Origin: Gnetum montanum
Lineage: Eukaryota > Plantae > Gnetophyta
DNA length: 64,000 bases
Assembly: GCA_015680685.1 (NCBI GenBank)
Contig: MNCI01001825.1
Span: forward strand, 1,349,876-1,413,875
Direction: 5' to 3'
Every line of letters begins with the position of its first letter. The stretch's first letter is position 1. The position numbers and the translations under genes are program-made. Under the pieces are notes generated by a model that did not search any database, was not told where the DNA came from, and saw only the letters and a program-made list of their open reading frames with translations. Positions 53,284-64,000 of the stretch are shown here, in pieces.

Positions 53284-54550
53284 GCTATACATATGGACAA
53301 GACCAAGACATTGGAATTTGTGAGCAGAAATTACCTTTGATCAAGTATGTATAGTGATGTGGTTAAATCTGTAAAAGAATGCTATACTTGTCAATAGTTC
53401 AAAGGGGGAAAAAGTGGAGATGATCATTATCTGTCTTTGCTAATTCCAAATTCTTCTTGGAAAAGTGTTTCTTTTTAATTTGTTTGTAGCATTCTTAAGA
53501 TAAGATCTAGTCATGATTCTATACTTGTTGTAGTGGATAGATTTACCAAGATGGCTTATTTTATTCCATGTAGAAAAAGTAATGATGCTTCCCATGTTGC
53601 ACATTTATTCTTTCAGCATGTTGTGAGGCTACATGGAATTCCTTTAAACATTATGAGTGATAAGGATGTCAAGTTTACTAGTCATTTCTGGATATCACTT
53701 TGGAAACTACTTGGAACCACGTTGTCTTTTTCCACAACCTATCACCCCCAAAATGATGGAAAATTAAAATTGTGAATAGGTTTCTATTGAAGATCTTAAG
53801 ATTTTTGTGTGAGGATCAACCTCAAAGATGGGAAAAGATGTTGGTCCACGTTGAATTCTCATATAACAATGCTTCCCATTCTAGCATTAGTAAAAGTCCC
53901 TTTATGGAAAAGTATGGGTTTTCACTAAGAATGGTTGATGAGTTGAGGAAATTTGAAGATTATGCTGGTTTGAGTTCAAACTTTGTTGAGAAAATGAGAG
54001 AATTGTATCAATAAGTTAAATCTCACTTGGAGAAAAAGACAACGATTGTGTCTTATAAGGCTAATGAGGGTAAGATGATAATTAGTTTCCATATTGGTGA
54101 TTATTTTTGGATTTACTTGAGCAAAGAAAGATAAAAAGAATATGTCCTTCTATAAGCTCAAGTCAAGAAGAATTAATCCATTTTAAATCAGGACCAAAAT
54201 CTATCCAAATGATTAGGAGATTAATTCACCCAATGAATTCCCTATTTCTTTTGTTTTTAATGTTTTAGATTTAATGCATCAAACTTGATAGATATTCTTG
54301 AGATCCTCAAGGATGCACTTGAACACTCAAACTTAGTCATGCCACCAAGAAAAGTAATTATGCTATAGGCAAGGAAGGCTAGGAGCACAAGAAGCAAGAA
54401 AGTGCATGAGTACTTGATGCATTGGAATGATGATGGAATTGAAAATGCCATTTGGATCCATGAGAAATATTTAACTTTGTTGGGGCTTAATTCTACCATA
54501 ATTGCACAACCAACTTAAGAACAAGTTTAATTTCTTAAGGGTGGGAGAGA

Positions 54551-55326
54551 TGATGAGGACATCATCTAGCTCATATCTAATCCTTAATATGTTTGTACAT
54601 ATATGGTTGTGTTTTTTCATGTTTGTATTTTTGTGTTATTTTTTTGAAGATGATATTACAATATTTTGACATGTTTGGAAGTTCTTTGAAACTATTTTTA
54701 TGTGTTTAGTAGGTTTTGGAGGCTATGGGGACTTATTTGGTCATGTCCTAAGTTCACAAACCTTAAAAATAGCATCTTTGTATTTTGCCCTAGCAAGTGG
54801 AACATCCTAGCTATAGGTGAGATGTCCCAATTGCATTCATGATTACCTAGATACATTTGAGACATCCCATATGATTTCAAAATGTTTTAGCTATTAACAA
54901 CCACATTCGAGTGAGACATCCCATTCTCCTCCTAGATATCCAAGATAGACATAAGATAATTTCCTATGAGTTTTTATAAATTTAAATTTTGAATTTAAAC
55001 AAGGAACATAGGGGGAGGATATAAATAGATCTCTTGGACCTTCATTTTGGTTAAGAGAGTTAAAAAATTGAGACAAGAGATTAGAGAGATATAGAGTCTT
55101 GGCAAAGTACCTTGATCATCATCCATGTAAGAGTGTGTTTTCTTTGATTTAGTGTGTGATGATTTGATTGAATCTCTTATATATCCTTCGGAATTTATGC
55201 TTCCTTTCAATTGTAATTTCTCAATTTGAGCAATAATAAAGCTTTCATTTTCTTTTCTTGTTTAACTTTGCTATTTTGTGGCATTAAGAGAGCTTGGATT
55301 GTGAAATTCATGGGAGCTCCTCATCA
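54551..55326 (+). repeat. CRM 3' LTR (776 bp)
   Basis: Follows the PPT; termini TGATGAGG...CCTCATCA. Confidence 0.92.
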
Positions 55327-55651
55327 TATTTTCTATGTTAAAAATACTATTAATGTTTAATATCATCTCTCTTTAATGCATGTTGAGTAGTGTAAAGATA
55401 GTTGTAGTCTTTGTTTTTGTGTTGATGTCTTTAATTTGATGTCCTAGAAGATATAAGTATGTTTGTTTTAAGAAAAAAGAATCTTAAAATATTAGGTTAA
55501 GAGCAAATTTCTTGAAAGATAAAAAGGGGCTAAGAGCCTTCATCAACTTGATTTTTCAAGACTCTTGATTTGAAAGATTTAAGTCATGGGTTTGAGTTAT
55601 AAAGTTATAAAGAGATTGACTTGTTTGATGAAGAAATTTAAAAATTTTATC

Positions 55652-56630
55652 ATGGCATCATCAAAAGGCACACATAAAAATCTCTAAATGTAACTTCTTT
55701 CAAAGAGATTTCAGGTACACAGTGGTAGCATATGATTAGAAAAATAGAATTTCTAGATGAAATCCATAAACAAAACAAAGAATATCTCTGAAATTCATTA
55801 GCCCTCAAAGAAAAGATTAAGGAAAAAAAGAAGACTAATACTACTCCAAAGGATAATGAACAGGTTTTGCTAAAATTAGCAAAACTTAAAAAAAAGGTGG
55901 AGGAGAATAAAAATAAATCTAATATTAAAGGAACAAAGATAAAGATAGGATTTTCAATCATAGAAAGTTTAAAAGAGCAAGACAAAAAATAAGACAAAAG
56001 AAAAAATTTGCATTTTGTAAGTATCCTAGAGACAGAAAATGAAACAAATGAAACTTTGTATAAGAAAGTTGAAAAACTTAAGGATGATACACATATAACT
56101 TCTTCAAAAATTAAAAAAAAAAAATTAGAATTCTAAGTGAATGACATGAAAAGCCTTGACATGTAATTATTAAGTTTCATGATGTAGAAGCTAGAGTGCA
56201 TGTTTGAAGACGTTGAAGCCACTTGAAGCAAAGTGAGAATTGGAAAAGTGTTTTGATAAATAAGGATCTTACTTGAAAGGACCTTGGAACAAGGGCTAAA
56301 TAATGAAAAAGGATTAAGAAAACTCATGGACACTATTTTGTAGCATACCTATATAATTACAAATAAGCAGTATTTTAAAAATTATTTAAAAAACATATAG
56401 ACCTTTTGAGGTGCAGATTTCTTAATGTTGATGGTGAAATTGCAAAGGAAGTGGTTTCTTTGAATAATATTAGCTACTTGGGAAGATGTTGGTTTTGTAG
56501 ATTTTGTAGTTCCTAGATTTATTAAAGTTATTGCAAGAAATACAAGAGTAGGATGAATAGATGGATTTTCTAGTGGCATTGTAGTATTTGTAAGGAAATC
56601 TCTTGAAAGTTGTGTAATTATGTGTGTAAT
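55652..56630 (+). pseudogene. LINE 5' region: coiled-coil/RRM-type ORF1 and start of APE endonuclease
   Basis: EQDKK*DKRKNLHFVSILETENETNETLYKKVEKL...KP*HVIIKFHD...LKQSENWKSVLINKDLT matches the ORF1 pattern RxxNL..G..E..E / PRPIIVKF / I.EDLT. It is followed by LNVDG...ATWED...PRF...RNTRVG..GFSSGIVVFVRK (APE N-terminus). Confidence 0.6.
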
Positions 56631-56639
56631 CTATCTTGA

Positions 56640-59600
56640 TTAATTGCTTCATTACCTTAATTACTAGAAACACTTAATAAATAATTGAAAGAATTGAATA
56701 AATAATTGGAAACATCAAATGCACAAATAAAATATTTAATTTATCCAAAATGCTACAAGGTTTATCAGAAAGCTCATGTTTATTGTTGCACACATTATTG
56801 TGCTTAGGTACAACAATGCTTGAATAAAGACCTATACACTCAATGGCTCCTACTGTGGGCATTCAAGAGGAAAATTCTATCTTTCAAATGGAAAAACTAC
56901 AAGAGAATTACTATAAATACAATCTATTATACCATAAATGTAACTAGTAGGCATGTATTGATAGCTACAAATTGACATTGTGTCAATGGGGCCTCATCGA
57001 TGCAGCCAACCAAACTACGACTCATCATACCCCCATGACTGAATGAAAACTTGTCCTCAAGTTCTTTTACACAATTTGGAAGGTATGGGATTATTGATTG
57101 ACTTTTTGCAAACTAAATAAATTAACTAACTTGATAAAATAATGGAGTGCCTAAGTGTATGGATCAACACATTACAAAAAACTAATAGTGTTCAGGACAC
57201 AAAATTGAACAACATGACACAACTCTTCAAAATTGGATAGCATGTTCCTTGATGGCATGAAGTTGGATGGAGAAGATCATATGGTCCTAGGTGGTGGTGG
57301 GTTTAGAGGTTTCAAGGAACCTTTACTAACTTCACACATGAGTGATGGTTGAGGTGGTTGTGGCTATCCTACTGTTGCTGCAACTTCAGGCATGAGGTGA
57401 AAAGCATCCAGCAATGCTTTCATTTTCTCCTCCTTGCTTCTAGGATCATGCACCATCCATGTAGCTTCACTAATATGGGTTGGAAAAGGCACATCCCAAG
57501 GACACATGATTGCTAGAAATAACTCCTTTATGTTGATGAACCAGGTAGTGAACTATTTGCATTCAATGTCGAATGCATTGATTATGTCCTTTAGCTCCTA
57601 GTAGTCATTCATCCATTTGGCTAGGTTCTCAACAATTGATCACTGGTCTGTGAACCATACTCTTATAACTTTGAGTTCAGCATTTGTATTCTCAAGCTTC
57701 TACTTGGCATCTTTGTGGTGCTTGAACTCAACTTAGTATAACAAATACGAGCTAGCCACTTACTTTTCTAACTCTGACTGTGATTTTTCGATAGTCAACA
57801 TTGCCAAGTTTTCATAACGGAGATTGGCCAATTCCATATACTTTGTCATTTCTTCAATTTGCAACTCCTTTAAGTAGATCTCCACTTTGTTCATTAAAAA
57901 ATTTTAATTTTTTGTGGCCAATCTCCTAAATTTTGTGTTCATCCTAGCAAGCTACTCCTACTATTGATAAATAAATTCCTTCATTTGGTCCTTCTGAGTA
58001 TCAACATTACACAGGTGATGATTTTGTGTGATCAAGGTCTCATTCTCCTAGCACATAGATGCCAAGTTCTTATGAATTAAGTAAATTTCTCCTTTAGCTA
58101 TGGACTGATTGAAGATGGCCATAATTACCTCCTCCTTAGCCTTCTGGAATCATTCATGAAGCTGTTTGATAGCTTCATCTCTTGTTATTGCTAGGTTGAG
58201 GATCACAAGATTTACAAGTCAAGCACATAGTTTGGCAACCTTCATGGCCAAGTGTTGATTTTATTCTTGGGTTGTTTTGAGTTATCCCTCTAAAATAATG
58301 CATTTGTTGCTTGCATTCAATAGCTTTGACTGAGTTGCAATGATGTCTTCTAAAAAATCAAAGATATCTAGAGTTGGTTGCCTAGTTCCCATTAGTCGTT
58401 CCAGTAATTCTTCATGCTGGGCTATGTTTAAGTTTCCACTAACCACGCTTGTAAATTTTTTCACATCTTGAAGTGCAGATATGATTGGTACAAATGTTGT
58501 AGATGTATTTAGTTCTTTAGCAACAACTTTAGCCACTGTTTCCTACCTTTGGTACTGCATCACCAAGATATTTGCCTCTTCATCTTCCTCCAAATGCACC
58601 AAGAAGGTTGTGGCATTTCTAGATATTTTTGAGAATAAATGGTGTTGAGATAAAGACATCATCACCTCTCAAGCATTATAATCTAACCTTGTAGGTAGTT
58701 TTGTTTATTGGGTATAGGCCACCCATTAAGGTGAATCATTGCACATCGGTACATACATGGATCTGCCCCACTTGTTCCTGCACGTTGCTCTGGTTCACTT
58801 AAGAGCTATTCTTGAATTTTACATAGATGCTCAATGGCTATGTGAGCCTTCGAAATTATTTTCTAAGTGCGTGGTGGAGGCAGTTGCTCCTCTTCTTGGG
58901 TTGTTGTTGGCATCTTATCTTTCATGTTCTCAAACAATGAGGCCAAAGGAGTATGCTTGATGGTATCATTAGAGTACAGATGATGCCTACCCTTTTGTAG
59001 AGTTTTTGGATGAGGCATGAAAAGGGAAAGGTTTTTCTTCCATATTCATTTTCCTTGAAGAATTTCTCGATCTCTAAGTAGATTAGTTATGGAAGGTTAA
59101 TGGGAAATTTCTCACTTAGATCGTTGCATGCTTAGGTGGATAAAGCGGTTACCTTGCTTGGCCTCACCATTGCATTGAGGTAATAGGAAACTATTTTAAA
59201 ATAGATGTGCTCTACTAATGTGAGTGCATTATACTTCTTATAGTCAACCCCATAGCATTATTGGGTCCACTCCCTCTTAGCCTCAGGATCACCCTTCATG
59301 AATAGTTCTACCAATTGTGTCTCAATGTTAGGCAATCCCAATGCCTATGTGATAGCTTCTACCATGTAGGACACTTGAATGTCCTTGATTTTGATAGTGG
59401 ACCTCAACCTTCAATTACTCTAGAAGAGATATGTCTCTCCCATGTACCATTTCCCACTCGATGTGATTATTGGATACATGGTAGAGGTTTGTAGTTCAGT
59501 TTTGACATTTGTTGGAGCTTTATTTAAGAATGACCTAAAGTTGATTTCCTAAAGAATTTATTGTTGGATTTCTCGAGAACCTGATAATGTCAAGGCAGGC

Positions 59601-62061
59601 TTGAGTCAAAGTAACATCAAGCCTTGGTATGGGTCCAAGAATTTCTCCTTATTGTGATTTTTCTATGGGAACTTCTTCTTCTAGAATCTATCAGATAGAT
59701 TCCACTTTGGGCTCCTCATGAAGAGGTCCTGTTGCATGGATTTCTTTTGGCGGTTCTTCCGCTTGTTCTTGTTGGTCCCTTCTACCTCTAGGCTACTTCT
59801 CTCATGTTGAGAGGATTCCCCTTCCTGAAGGCAATTTTGTTTTGGTCTCATCTACAATCACAATGAACTCATGGGTTAGTAATCATTATGTAACTTAAAG
59901 CAATTGGGATACCTTTATCTCTTAAGGATAGTTACACTTGGCTAAGTTGTGATTGTCGCTGATTTACCTATTCCAATTATTATTTTATTTATATGTTATT
60001 GATAATAATTCATCCTAAAGGTTGTTGGAAGGGTTAACTTGTCAAAAAAGATAATGTTTATATGTTGTTAAGGTTATTAACCCTTTGGGAGAGTTAGAAA
60101 AATTTTCAAAAAAATTTCATTGATTTTTCATTGGAAACCTTCAGGTTTGTAGCCCCCATGATAAAGATCTTACCTTTAGTAAGTGTAGGATCAAAAAAAA
60201 AGTTACTTGAATAAATGGTTAGGAAGTTATGGGCTATGGAAGGTTTTGAGCTCTGAAAAATTGCAAAACCTCCCTGTGTGTTATGAGGAAAATGTTAAAA
60301 ATTTCTATGTGCTTGATGGTATATATAGGATGTAAGCACTACATCGACGAGGCCTCATCAATGCAGCTGTGGATCAGTGTTGACTTTTGTCAAACTTGCA
60401 AAATACAAGAAATTTTGGAATGAAATTGGGATCAAACGAAAGCTCAAAAGGCCAAGGACAATATAAAAACATGAAAAGAGGGTGTTGAAGCTCATAAATT
60501 TGGAAAAATGTAGAAAAATTGATTCAAAGGATGAATGAGATAAAAGGTTAAGGAGTACTGAGCAAAATTTCTAATGGAATATGCAAAAGATAGGATTGTA
60601 TCAATGTCAAAGGTAAGTGACCTTAACTAGCCAAACAAAGAGCTATGCAAGTAAGTCCTCCCCATAGTAGGCTCATGCCCTTTTTGCCCTTGCATAAACA
60701 CAACTAAGGAGTCCATGGGCCCCATAGTAAATTTAATAGTCATGAAAAGTTAAGGACCAACCAAAAAGAATCTACTTAAGAATCCAAACACATTAGACCA
60801 AGACATAGAGAATAACATAGAACATGGTAGTGAGGTGAGTTATGGTAGCATGGATTAATGATAGAGAAGGTGGAATGGAGTTCTGAATTGAGGTCATAAG
60901 AAGTGCCTTGTGGAATTTGTATTTAAAATGACCTAGGAAGATCCACCCTTAGTCTAGACTAAAACTAGCCACTTTTAGTGACTTCACATCACCACCCTAA
61001 GGCTAATCCATCCACTCAAGACATAAGAGTGCTTCCACAAGACAACCACAATTCCATAAGGAGAAAAAAAGAGAGAAGTAGGAAGTGAGAGAGGGCTTTA
61101 GTTAGAAGATACCTTTAGGCATAGGTGCATATCTTTCTAGTCCCATAACCAGTGCTTATAACTTGTTTATTTGTCCAAGGGGTGTGCTTTGAATTCTCAT
61201 GGTTTTTTCTAACCACACCATGGAAGGACTTATTCATGTCTAAGTGTTGTGCTTTGAATTCCCATCAGATTTTTTGAATTTTTGGATGGAAACCACATCA
61301 TGCAAAGACTTTATTTGGCATCCTATTAATGATTGTGTGGAATAGTAAGAAGTCTATAAAAACACTCAAGCACTCATGCAAGTAGAAGAGTACAAAGAGT
61401 ATTGAGTCCCCTTGAAGTCACACCCTTTTCAAACCTTTTGAATCCTTCCTAATTCCAAAACTACCAAGGTCATCAATTGATTAAAAGTTTCTTTAATGGA
61501 AGGGACCTCAAATTCCTAGAACAAGGAAAATCATAGAGTATATTGGATGGGAGGGTGATGCAAACTCATTACCTATTCCATGAAAAATAAACCATGTCAA
61601 GATCATCAAACATCAGAATTCAAAAATAGAAATCAGACATCAACAATCAGAACACTAAGCACAAACCATCATTAGTAAACAGCAATAGCAACATTGTGTC
61701 ATGTGACAATAAAGTAATTTTATTTGTAAAAATAAGAAAATATCATAATTGAATCAAAAAAAACAAAGTAAAATATATAAGAAAGTGTAAACTAATCAAG
61801 AAAGGTTCAAAGGTACTAACAATGATGCAAAATTAGAAAAATTTAAAAATAAAAAATTTGTAAAATCAAAACAATATGAAAAACAAAAAAGTAGAAAAAC
61901 TAAGAAGTCATGTGGATAGTTAGCATGGATGACCATCTCCCCCATGACTGAGTTGGAAGGAGAAGATATGAAAACTGAAATGCAATTGTCCATCTGAAAT
62001 GCAATTGTCCATCCATCGAGGTGGTAGTTGCACTAGCCTATCTTGGTTCTAGGAAAGGCTT
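56640..62061 (-). mobile_element. Athila-like element, 3' part (integrase end, spacer, env-like ORF, PPT, partial 3' LTR)
   Basis: The minus strand reads KPFLEPR* (integrase end) at 62061-62038 and CTTGAGGACAAG...CATGGGGGTA|TGATGAG at ~57061-57021. LTR ~56640-57027 is homologous to 8062-8568; its left end is not resolved. Confidence 0.78.
57230..59851 (-). pseudogene. Athila env-like extra ORF (coiled-coil rich)
   Basis: Located between integrase and the PPT. Includes ORF fragment 58282-58536. An ATG at 59851 directly follows a splice acceptor. Confidence 0.6.
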
Positions 62062-64000
62062 TGAAACACCCTAAATTTTCAAGGCATTCTTGCTTCACCA
62101 AGGTCCTGGAATTGAGGCAAACATTTCCGCAAGTGTAGCCTCATGACCGTTTGGCAGGAAATGGATGCTCTAAGTTTAGACTGTCTAATTTGGACAATTT
62201 AACTAGCTGACAGTTTACTCAGAAAGCATGCTAAGGGTTGTTAATAGTGCTCAAGATCAACAAAATAGTTTGGCAAGTTTTCTAGTCAACACGTTTTCTA
62301 TGCTACGCTATGCTATGTAGCATAGCAAGCCTCAGAAGACAGTTTCTTAGGCGACGAAACTGCTGCAAGACAAAGTGCTATGCTATGCTATGCTACGCAG
62401 CATAGCATAGCATAACAAAAGAAAAACAGAAAAGCCTAGCTTACCTAGTAATTCCAATTGCACTCGGAAAGCACTCCAGCCTTCAAAACCAGTTGTCTTG
62501 TTCAACTTCAAGTCCTTCAGCAAAGCTCCTCTTACTAGAAAAGTCGTGGATTAAGAAAAAAGTAGGCTATGTTGGCTACTACACTATGCTATGCTGCATA
62601 GCATAGCATGGCATAGTGATGATGTAAGAATGACAAAAGGTGTCTCAAAATGCAGGATCAACAAGTTCAAAGGCTTCACGTTGCAAAGAGAAAAGGTTGC
62701 AGATTGTTAGCATGATCTTCAAAAAAATGTTTACAACTTAAATGCAAATTGAGAGTTAAAGCTAGCTGCTACACTATGCTATGCTACATAGTGTAGCAAA
62801 CATGCAGAACTAGCCAAAACACTTCAAAGGCTTCCAGCATATGCAATTAACTCCAATGCAAATTTATGCTTCGAACTAGTGGCTACGCTATGCTATGCAT
62901 AGCACTACGTAGCAAGCAGCTATGCTACACCAACATGTTATGCTCCACAGCGTAGCATAGCATAGCAGGAAACTATGTTACATCAGTGTGCTTCACTCCT
63001 TGTCTGCATCATTGGCACACCTGATCCCAACATCTCTAGTTCCGATAGCGTAATTGCAGCATGACAAGTTCACAACCAACTTTGCATGTTCATGCAACAT
63101 GGACATGTCAACATCTTATGAGTCTAGGACACATGTCATCCATGCCTCATTTCTTGCATCCTCCTAGCCCTATAAATACCCCGAAAAGAAATGCTCAAAG
63201 GGTTGACAAATTTTGGGGGGTTGTTGGAAAATTTGGATGGAAATTTTGACCATTGTTAGCATTTGTTGTTGGAAAATTGGAAATTTTGGTGTTTGGCACT
63301 TATTGGTCAATAAATTTTTGCAAAGGGTGGGAAAAAAAATCCCTAGTTGGCAAATACAGTTAGCAATTTGTTAACAAAATCGACAAGTTAGCTTTGTAGC
63401 ATTTCACATTATTGGCTCTTAAGTCTGTGTTCAAGCACACAATTGGCTTGCTTTGAACATCCTAGTTACTTTTGGGATCTCTGTGCTTCCCTATGTTGCA
63501 CAACCAATTGTATCCACCTTGACAAAGTAAAGCCATAATCTTGAAGTGGTGCATTTCTTAACTCTACTTCGCTTTATTTTCCTGCTTATCATTGCATTCT
63601 ATATCATTTTTGCTTCCTTGAATTTAATAATTGTTATTTTACATTATAAGCATTGTTTTCATATTAAATGTTTACATAAGGTTTAGTGAAACTGACTAAG
63701 TCCCTATATGATTGACCAGATCATTTAAGGCACCCCACTTCTATTTTATCCAGCACAACCCTTGCGTGGATCCGGGGTTAGGACTGTTTGACCAACAACC
63801 TCTCAGTGTTTTCTAGCCATCAATGTTTTTGGTCACTATAGTTTTCTAGAGCTATAAGGAGGGCCTTTTGATACCTCTTCCGTGTATTATGGTAGTCCTC
63901 TAAGCATTCTACACCTCAACACATGCTAGTGTGAATGTGACACCCTTTTGCGGTTGTTTATGCGTTGTGTGGTGCAGATCAGTCACTCCGACGGTTCCTT
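62062..64000 (+). mobile_element. Tat-type element (TatC): 5' LTR 62062-63840, PBS 63847-63863, start of internal region
   Basis: TGAAACACC start, CTACGCTA/TAGCATAG motif arrays, TATAAATACC at 63171, end GGTCACTATA, then GTTTTC-TAGAGCTATAAGGAGGG (decayed Tat PBS). Confidence 0.82.

Larger units (their letters stand above)
43914..54500 (+). pseudogene. pol: CRM gag-pol (interrupted at 44412, ~45900 and 51671)
   Basis: VSYVETKLKGITLLWW, LRQGSKTMKDYY, CFNCGEWGH, LIDGG, ILGRPW, LLVPKKD, IDLKSSYHQIRI, MPFGL, FFDDILV, EVDASG, VDRFTKMAYFIPC, YHPQNDG; chromodomain EYLMHWNDDGIENAIW at ~54400-54460. Confidence 0.9.
42765..55326 (+). mobile_element. CRM-type chromovirus (Ty3/gypsy), full length, decayed, with nested insertions
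   Basis: LTRs 42765-43524 and 54551-55326 with TGATGAGG...CCTCATCA termini. PBS TGGTATTAAAGC (43528-43539), PPT AAGGGTGGGAGAGA (54537-54550), TSD CATTT/TATTT, and gag-PR-RT-RH-INT-chromodomain. Confidence 0.9.

Noticed and set aside
56330-56640. Left terminus and TSD of the Athila 3' LTR
   Set aside because: The expected TGATGAGTGG start was not found. The LTR appears truncated against the LINE, so no boundary is claimed.
61976-62013. Perfect 19-bp tandem duplication TGAAATGCAATTGTCCATC
   Set aside because: A simple local duplication after the integrase stop, not an element boundary.

Overview
This window contains no intact host gene, RNA gene or CRISPR array. It is old, CG/CHG-depleted plant heterochromatin built from nested, decayed transposable elements. 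An AT-rich older layer (2293-3803, 40681-42764, 55327-56640) holds a probable Sola/DUF7869-like transposase remnant and the 5' part of a LINE. Inserted into it are four elements. (1) A Galadriel-like chromovirus (1-2292, minus strand). (2) A pol-less SIRE-type copia element (3804-40680) with an Athila fragment in its 5' LTR and a full Tat/Ogre-type element (TatA, 11671-37007) in its gag; TatA in turn contains a non-autonomous relative (TatB, ~22580-29871). (3) A CRM-type chromovirus (42765-55326) carrying Athila-derived insertions and a Tat solo LTR. (4) An Athila element (~56640-62061, minus strand) interrupted by another Tat element (62062 to window end). The most striking observation is a decayed but frame-consistent antisense gene of at least 7 exons and 6 introns lying between protease and RT of TatA. 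In three lineages (Tat, SIRE, Athila) the CG-containing motif repeated in the LTR recurs just upstream of the promoter of the element's extra ORF. All family assignments come from hand translation and recalled motifs, not database searches.
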